NCBI GenBank assembly: GCA_030591525.1
Contig: JAUVAV010000004.1
Location: forward strand, 3,307-67,306
Direction of reading: 5' to 3'
DNA length: 64,000 nucleotides
Source: a candidate division FCPU426 bacterium
Lineage (GTDB): Bacteria > Oederibacteriota > JAAXVQ01 > JAUVAV01
Shown here: piece after piece, positions 1-9,000 of the stretch
How the letters are laid out: each line of letters starts with the position of its first letter
Numbering within the stretch: the first letter of the stretch is position 1
Translations under genes and position numbers: made by a program
The notes under the pieces: generated by a model
Databases searched by the model: none
What the model saw: the letters and a program-made list of their open reading frames with translations, nothing else
Told to the model about the DNA's origin: nothing

Positions 1-3000
1 GGGCTAAATGCTTTGATAAAGGCCGCCGCTTTATCCCTTGTCCTTGTTTCAACCGACTCTTCTACTGAAGATACTGCCTTCACAAATTTATGAATTCCCG
101 CCAAAGAAGGTGCAACCCCAATCTGCACGCTCTTCGTATCAAGTTTTGCAAATGCTTTGGCAAATTCCGTATAATCATCCTTAATTGAGTAGGTCTTCCA
201 ATTGCCGCCAATGTAAGGAATTCTTCCTTCGGTGGGTCCAACTTCCTGCGCAATTTTTAGAATCGGCATGAAATCGGTGACGCTGATGCTTTTTCCGCCT
301 ACCAAAAGACCATCCACATCCTTTTGCGATAAATATTCTTTGGCATTAGAAGCATCCGCAGAACCGCCGTACAATATTCTTACCTGTTTTGCTACTTGCT
401 TTCCGTATTTCCTGGCAATCGTTTCTCTGATAAGTGCAGCCATCTCCTGGGCGTCTTTTGGCTTTGCCGGCTTGCCATAACCACTGCCTTTAATCGCCCA
501 CCGTGGTTCGTAGGCTATAATCGTCTCAGCTACCTTTTTGCCTTCTATTCCTACAAACCCTGCCAAAACTTGTCGCCGAATAGTCTTCTCTGAATAATTG
601 TCTAATTTCTCCTCATCGGTTTCTCCCACGCATAATATATTATTTTCAAGACCTTCCGCAATTGCCGCTTGGAGTTGTTGGTTAATATCCAGGTCTGTAT
701 CCCCTAAATTACCCCTGGCCTCGGAATGACCGGCAATTATACCGGTAGCGCCGGCTTCTTTAGCATCGCCTATTGTAACCTCACCAGTCTTGGCCCCTTC
801 TTCAGGAGTTACTCTCTGGGCCAAAACTGCAATTGTCGGTTTCCCGGTTACCTCCGCACTTTTTTCACCGCCGCGCGTCCAAACCATTCCTAGCAAAAAT
901 GCCACGGATGGGACGGATGGGATTGCGGCTGGGAGCAGGTCCACACCCAGGTCAATCCCGAAGAATTGCGCGCCCCCCAAGGCAATAAAGCCTACCAGGC
1001 TGGCGGCCATGAGGACTACTTGCACCGGAACTTTTGACAAGATCGACGCTTCAGGTTTCCGCGCCCATTCCAGCGTATCTAAATTTTCCAAGCCGAGCAA
1101 TCCATCCATGCCCGCGCCGCCGCCGAGAATCATGGGGATGGATTTTATCCTTTCCCTTGTCAACCATTTATAACCTACAGCTACAAAGCCCTGCGCCAGG
1201 GTCTCACCGCCGGCTTCTACAACAAACACCTTGCCGGATTCATGCGCTTCCACTAGATTAAGAGTGAGTTCTTTTGTGCCGCCCTGGGAGCCATGTCTTG
1301 CTCGGGGCATTACAATATCGCCTTTTTTCACTTCTATCTCAAATACTCCGGGTGAACCGTTGATAAAAATTCCTTTCCAAATAGGATTTCCAATCATTTT
1401 TTTGGTCATCAGCCTTGTCTGTGGTCCATTATCCATTACCATATCCAGGTCTTCAAAACTCTTAATATTTTCTATATTTAACCCAATTACGGAATAAGTA
1501 TAAAAATCTATTGTTTCTTCTTTTATCTTTTCTGAAGAGTGAACTTCCCGCTTAATGCCGTCTATTGGCAGCACAACTAAATTCACATCCGAAGCCAACG
1601 CCTTTGCAGCGGCAATAATTGCCTCACCTTTGGTGGGCTCTTTCCGCATAACATATTCTTCGACTCCCCGGATATTATTCTGTATCCCCCAGACGATTCT
1701 TCCAATACGGCCGTCTAATTTGATTTTATCATCCACGCGATGGTTGTTTTTCATGTTTTTGCGAAGATTGTTAATGATAAGGATTTTATCCAGTTTTTTA
1801 CCTGCAAACAAGTGAAGTTTGGGCCCCTTGATTCTATTAAACGTATCGATCTTTTCCACGTCACCAAACACGTTCGGCGCCAGGAAATATTTTCCTTTTT
1901 CGGCAAACCACTTGCCCAATTTAAGCGAGACGTTTTTAAAGCGGTGCATATCCGGCGGCGCCGCGTTAACATGAAATACCGCGCCGGTCACTTCCACCAA
2001 TTTCTTGCCAAAAGCTTTGGCTATATCCAGGTAATCCGAACCTTCCCCCGAGTAGGAGCGGATATTTTCAAACAGGAAAAAGAATTTCTTTCCAGGATTC
2101 TTCACTACAATGTAGTCGCGTAGCACGCCTGCCAAATCTAATCTCTTCTCATCCATTTCAAGTTTTTTCTTAGAAACATCTAGCTTGGCAGATCGATATT
2201 TTTCTTCAAGCTCCTTTAATTTTCCCGCCTCTTTTTTTTCAGTTGTCTTTCCATCATCAATACTTTCCTTTATTCTCATAATTTCGTTTGAATAATCCTC
2301 GCGCACTCCTCTGCGATCTAATAAATCTCCCTCTATTTCCAAAAAGTCCTTCTCAATCTCATTTATGCTTTGTTTAAGTTCAGGAGTGAATTCGAGACCT
2401 TGCTCCTCAAGTATTTCCGGGACATCTTGCAGCCTGTAAGGCAGCCGGGCTATTATCACATCCAAACCGGCCCGTTCAAATGCCTTTCCAAAAACCTCCC
2501 TAATTTTGGGCATGATTATAGCAACAGTTTTGTTTTCGTCGTATATCCCTCCCGGACGTCCCAGATGGAAGAAAATATATCCTTCTTGCTCAGCCTTTTT
2601 CATTAATGCAACCGCGCTTTTCGCACTTTTAACTATTCGTGTGTCATCAGTTATTATCGTCCCTTGAGGCGTCGTCTTCAGAGACACATCCAAACCGAGT
2701 ACCGCTGATACGGATCTTGCTCCTTTCGGCGCGTTATTTTCCAGGGTGTTGTACTGGCCTTTTAATTCCCTCATTTGTTTTTCCAAAGGCGTCTCTACCA
2801 TCCCATATAAATGATTCAAAGTATTGCGTAAATATTCCTCCCGGCTAATCCCTTCTGTCTTAAAGGTTTTTCCTTTAATCGTAACTAAAGGAAATTTCTG
2901 CATTATTGTTCTTAGTTTAGAAGCATAGCCTCTCACAACAAAACCATCAGCCCCGGATTCAAAACATACCCCGGCACCGCCGAATTTGGGCGCCCCGGAA

Positions 3001-6000
3001 CTATCTATGTTTACAACCGAATAAATGCCTTGCCGCTCTATGGTTTTTTTCATTTTAGCCAGCGGATTATGGCCAGCCTTTAAAATTATAACACCCAGCT
3101 TTTTCAATAGACTTGCAATTCCATATTTGGCTATATATTCTCTTATATGATTAGGTTTGATCCTTATAGTCATATCCGAAAACAAATAAACGTAATCACG
3201 TATCACGGCCGCAATCTCGTGCGGTTTTGATTCCGGATCGTGCATAATCCCTGCCATTTCATCAAAAGCGTTTAATATTTCCCTGTTCTTGTATGTTCGG
3301 CCGTTATACGTAATCTCAAAATCCCCGCCATCATTGACCGGCAGCCAGCCGTGCGGAGTTATTTCGCCGAAAACATTCTGGAGGTATAGTTCCGTTTGCC
3401 CATAGTAGAAATCGGCTATTTTATTCAGTATCGGACTTTTAACATAATTTTCCGTAGTGACGATTTCTTCATCAAGAAATCCTATCGCTATCAATTCGTT
3501 GATTTCTTTGAATGTATTTCCCCCCCAGCCTTTATGAAAAACCCAGTCTTTTAAATTCCAGATATCTTCATAGGCATGGGAATTCAACCATTCAAAATAT
3601 TGATAAGTCCATACGTTATCTTTGCCTAAAGCCTTGTTGATTTCTCCGTTCTCACCTTTAATTGCCTTTTCTGATCTACTACTTACTTTTTCAAGAATAT
3701 AGGCAGAAAGCCAAATAGCCATCTCCCATTGAGCTTTTTCATCACTATTTTTATCTGCTTCTGCCCGCCGTCCAGTGTATCCCAGCACAAGCTGGTCATG
3801 AACTTCCTGCCACCACGCGACAGAAGTCCTGGCAATACCGTTTAATCCCACATAAGGTTCAGACACCCCTATTTCTTTAAAGTACCCGGCAAAATTCTCC
3901 CAGGCTTTTATATGCTCCGGCAGTAAATCCGCCGTGATTTCTTCATAAAGCTTACTATCCATAAAAGCCTTGACGTCCCCCCGAATTGCTTCAACTGTTT
4001 TTCCTTGAAAATTTTCCTTTATGGCAGTCTCACATTTGTCGGCTATTCCATTTTTAATTCCTTCAATTTCTGTTTCGATATCTTTGATAACCGCATTTTC
4101 AAATATTTTCTGCACTTCTTCATACTTTGAGCATAATTCCGCCCACCATTCCTTGCTATCAACCTTTTCAGGATGCATCTTTCGTTCATTTTCCACTAAA
4201 GTTTCTATTCCTCTATCGCCCTTGTAATCAAATCCTTCGAACCAGGGCAGATGGTACGCGCGAATAGCGCCGCCCTTATATGCATCATGGTTTCCCAAAA
4301 CCAATTTAACTTTATCCGGAGCAGCCATTTTCAGGTTCAATGCTAAGAAAAAGCACTTAACCGGGTCATCAGCGCGGTCCGGCAAATCCAGATTGATTTC
4401 TATTCCGCCTTTAATGGTTTTCAATGATAAGCCTTGCTCATTCATCTGCTCTTCAACATCACGCTTCCAGTCAAGCAGGCCTTCAAATCCGCATGCCCTA
4501 TTTAAATATTCGCTTACATAATTGGTAAACTTGTTTATTTCTCCATGAATATCGGAAATAGTAAGAATCCGGGGTATCTGGCCTGTGCCTTTCTCATTCA
4601 GTTCTTTTTCAATCTCCCGGGTTAAGATTTTGATCTGTTTTCGACGCATTTCGGGATCTTTATGAGCCTTGATGCCTAATTCCTGGATTATCCGCTCTTC
4701 TGCTATATTTTGCGTGAACCAATATGTTGTATATTTGCTTTCCTCCACCTTCATGGCCACACCTTGAGACTCCTTACTCAAAAGCGATTCCGTCGCAAGG
4801 CGATTGAGCACAATTCTCGCTGATCTTGTGGGAATCTTCAACCTGTTCGCGACCTGCCTGGCGGACATGGGTTCGCCAAAAGATATTAACTCCTGGAGAA
4901 CACGCTCAGCCTCCGTTACATGCACTGGCTTCTCTTTTACCTGCAGCAGGGCTTCAATCATTGCTTTTATACGGGATATCTCAGCAGCTTCATTGACGAT
5001 CCGTTCTGATTCTTCCTTGGAATACATTCCCAGCAAAGCGTGCGCGGCATTTACATTATCCGGTACCACGTCGGACTCCTGTGGCACGGCGAAAACAATC
5101 TTGATCCTGCCGGGAATCTGAGAAGCCCGAACCTGCGCCATAATGATCATGGGATGATTGGCGCCCAGGATTTCTTCAGCTACTGAGGAATTAATAGTCT
5201 CAAACAGCGTGGAAATTGAGAATACGCCATGGGGGAAATCGATGACTGCCATGCGGGACTGCTTCTGCAAAGCTTCGATAACCATTTGAGGGCTTAAACC
5301 CGGAGCGTCAAATTCCATGATATGGACATGATAATGACTGGTAGGAATCATGGAAGATGGCATATTAATGTCAGCCAGAATATCGCCATAATCACCAGTT
5401 ATGGTTTGCTCAAAATCCTCTCTGGTATGATGTGTATCCGCCTGAGCTACTCCGCCTGCTTGGTCTCCAAAATCACTGCCCGGAATATACATAAGGTCAC
5501 TGATGCTGGTTATTTTTTCATGACCCTTAAGTCCGGATAGCAGCGTTTCACATCCATAAATCCCGGCGTCCTCTCCCTCCTGACGCTTGATATCCATGGC
5601 ATATCCGAAAGCAACATTTACTTCACCTGGAATATGCGATGGCATCATTTTAAAGAAAATGCTATTCTTCGGGCTCGCGGAGTCTCTCAGCGCTGCCAAC
5701 TCCGAGGTTTGTAATTTTGTTCCTGGGAGGGGCGTAAATGTCACAGAAGAGTCATCTGATCCTTGCATAATTAAGTCACGTATTTCTGCGGGATCTTCAA
5801 TGCCTCTAATAGTAGCCATATGAATATAAAATCCCTTGGCCGAGGTTTTGACACGATCAACATTGACCGGCACACCTCCCAGGAATTCACTTACCGCTTT
5901 AGATGATTCCTGATGGCTGATTTCGATCTCAGCTCCATCGACAACACTCTTTGATCCGGGATCGTTTTGCCTTCTCATCGCAATGTCACCAATGTAGAGC

Positions 6001-9000
6001 TTAATCTTAAGGCCTGCAGCCTTAATTGCATTCCTGATACCAGTGTAAATACGGTTAAAACCCGTGGTATTACAAGACACGACTATGGCTGATTCCACAC
6101 CCTTTAAACTTTCGAAATCCGACGTATCTAAAGAAAAAGCCCGGTTACCAGCTACTTCCGGGCCTTCGCCGCCCTGCCAGAGCCTGGCTTCAATGACATT
6201 CTTCTCCGCATAGGGTTTATAGATTTCTTCATTATTAATCCAGCCGGTTCTTGTTTCCGGAGCGCCTTTACCGCCGGTAGAAGCATCCACGACAATAGCT
6301 TGCTGTCCATCTTCACGCAATTTATCCAACAGATCGATAATAGAGCCTTGATAGGGCAACCCTGCTGCTTGAGCCGCTTCAAGATTTTTTTCCAAACCAT
6401 TAGCTATATACAAAGGATAGCCCTTAACTATTGCATCATAAGTCAAAGGCTTGGCTCTTCCTTCTTCGTCCACACTACCAGTATTGACAGCACCGATGAT
6501 TTCAAATCCGCATTTCCGGTAAAGATCAGCCACTTTCTTGCCAATGGTGCCATATCCATTGATAATGACTCTTTTCCGGGGCTGGATCAGGGCTGAGTAT
6601 CCTCCCTCGACACGCGGGCTTTTCTTAAAGGTCAGTAATATTTCCTTGCCATCTATGTTATACGCCATCTGGAAAAATTCAGCTTTGCCCTGGTAAATTT
6701 TTTCGACTTGCATCCCATTCGTTAAATAATGAAGATATCTTATTATGCCTTTTTCGCCGCTTTCGCGAAATGCCGCAGCTCGATTTGGGTCACTTTTGTT
6801 GAATTCAAGAAACTTCTTGAATTCATCCATCTCGCCAATTTCCACTTCATAGCCAACGCCTTGTTTAGCTACCATGGTGCCTACTTCTTGCAGAACATCA
6901 GCATAAAAAGCTGCCCGGTTGGCTTTTCTGATGGTGATTTTCGGTTCAATAACTAATCTTGATGCTATTTGTTCGACGCTGAAAGGCACATCACCGGAAG
7001 TCACCTCTCGCGACCCTGTGTCGGCTCCTGTACCCGGCGTCATTACCATCCCAATTAGAGCTAGCAGCGCCATAATCGAAGTAAATTTGCTCATCCCAGA
7101 CGAGAAGAGGCTGCGATTCCATATAGTATTCGCGATTTGGCTGATTTGCGGAGATGCGATCACAATAGCTCCGGCAATAACCAATCCTCCAAATACCCAG
7201 ACATTAAGACCGGCAAAAGCAAAAAGGCCCGCGCCTACTGCTATGACCGCAGTGCCAACAAGATACGGCAGGGCCGGGCGAACGGTTTTTAGCGCTCTGG
7301 TTACTCCGGTGTCTAAGAATTTCTGGCCCCGGTTCAGCATTCCGGCCGGCCCATTCATCATCTCACTTAAACCCGATTGTACTCCGCCGAACGCCGATGT
7401 AATTGAGGGTGCTGCCATCATTGCTCTTCCGGCCATTATTGGCATGACCTGGGCCATGGTGGCCTTCAGCGCTACCTTGACCATGCCGCCCTGCACTACC
7501 CGGCCTTGCATCAATTGGGCTTCAATCCCAGCTAAACTCCGGTTATCTAAAATGGAGAATTCAAAACCATTCAAAACCCGCTGGTGCTTGGCTAAGGCTT
7601 TCAGGCTTATACCATGCCCTATCGGCCGAACGATTAAAGAAGCTTGCAGAGCCGGAAACGGCACTTTTACTGTTCGAGTTTCCACATCCATTCTCGCGTT
7701 GTCCCAATCCGGCTTGGCTTCCGGATGGTTAGCCATTGCTTCTGTTACAAACACGCTAAGTTCTGGAATATTGATTTTCCCCTCTTCTATGCCGACTTTA
7801 GTAGTGTCTTGGAAGAATAAGTGTGCCATCATTGTATTGAAAATCCCGGCATCATGCATAAACGAGGATTCTAATCCCATAATATTCTGGTTCTGCGCCA
7901 GAAGCTTTTCCAAAGGCGTACGCTTGTTTCTCAGCAGGGCAAAATAGGGATTTACTATGTCGTGATGACAAAGGCAGGGTTTCACGCATACATACGATAT
8001 GTTATGGCGTTCCAATTCCTGGAGCACTTCTTCCTTATGATAACCGCCGGTTACCATCATCGCGAGCTTGGTCTGCTGCTTATCCATGCAGGCCAGGACG
8101 TTCTCCACAAACGCCAGGCTACGTTCATCAGCCACGCGGTAGAAAGTTCTTACTTCTTCAAGATAACTGTCCAGCTTATAGACCTCGGCATCCAGCATGA
8201 ATAAACCTTCTTTATCATGCCGGCTGATAAATTCCAGAAAACTCCCTACTTTGAATCCTTCGGGATTTTTACGAAATTGTACTAAATCCTTGGGAGCGGC
8301 GGAAATATTGACCAGTTTTTCTATAATATCCAGACGATGCTGAATTATATCCATGATCTGCTGATCGTCCGTGGTATACAACCGGCTGCGCAGCTGTTGG
8401 TCCAACTGGTCCAACTCATTAAACAGATCGTCGGAATCCACGTTTTCCGGGAAAATGTTCTGCCGCCGCGATACATAGCGCGCTAAATTCGAATAGGGTT
8501 TCATGTCCAGCTTTTGCCGCACCCCGTAATCATACATGTTTACGCTGTATTTCAAGACCGAGATATCGCCCTCGCGGAAAGCCTGCTTCTTCTCATCGAT
8601 CTGAGCCAAGGCCTTATTATATATGTTGCCCTTCAACTCATCGAGGGTCTCACGCAGGTCAAAGATATATCCCTGGCTCTCGTTGTTGAGAAAACTCATC
8701 ACGTTTTTCCGGTTGTCATCATACAGGGCCTGGGTCTCAATACCCTCCAGACGAATGGGATGCTTTCCCGTGGCCGCGTACAGTTCGGCCCCTGTGATCT
8801 TTCCCTGTTTCATCAGATAGTGAGCTGTATCCTTTTTCACCTTTTCCAGGGGAAAGTCCGCGAGCTTGGAAACATTAATCGGTATTGACTCGCCTTCCAC
8901 GGTTACCAGGTTCAAGCCATGCTTTCCTGCCAGGTCATCTATCATGCCGGCAATGTTATTCTGCACCTCGTAATTACAGTGCAGGTCCTGGACGCAGACC

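Noticed and set aside
232-8888. Numerous plus-strand ORFs of 60-342 aa, such as 6919-7947 and 1740-2123.
   Set aside because: They lie antisense to the verified giant minus-strand frame. Their translations are low-complexity and Ser/Pro/Ala-rich without motifs, as expected for out-of-frame antisense reading of a coding region.
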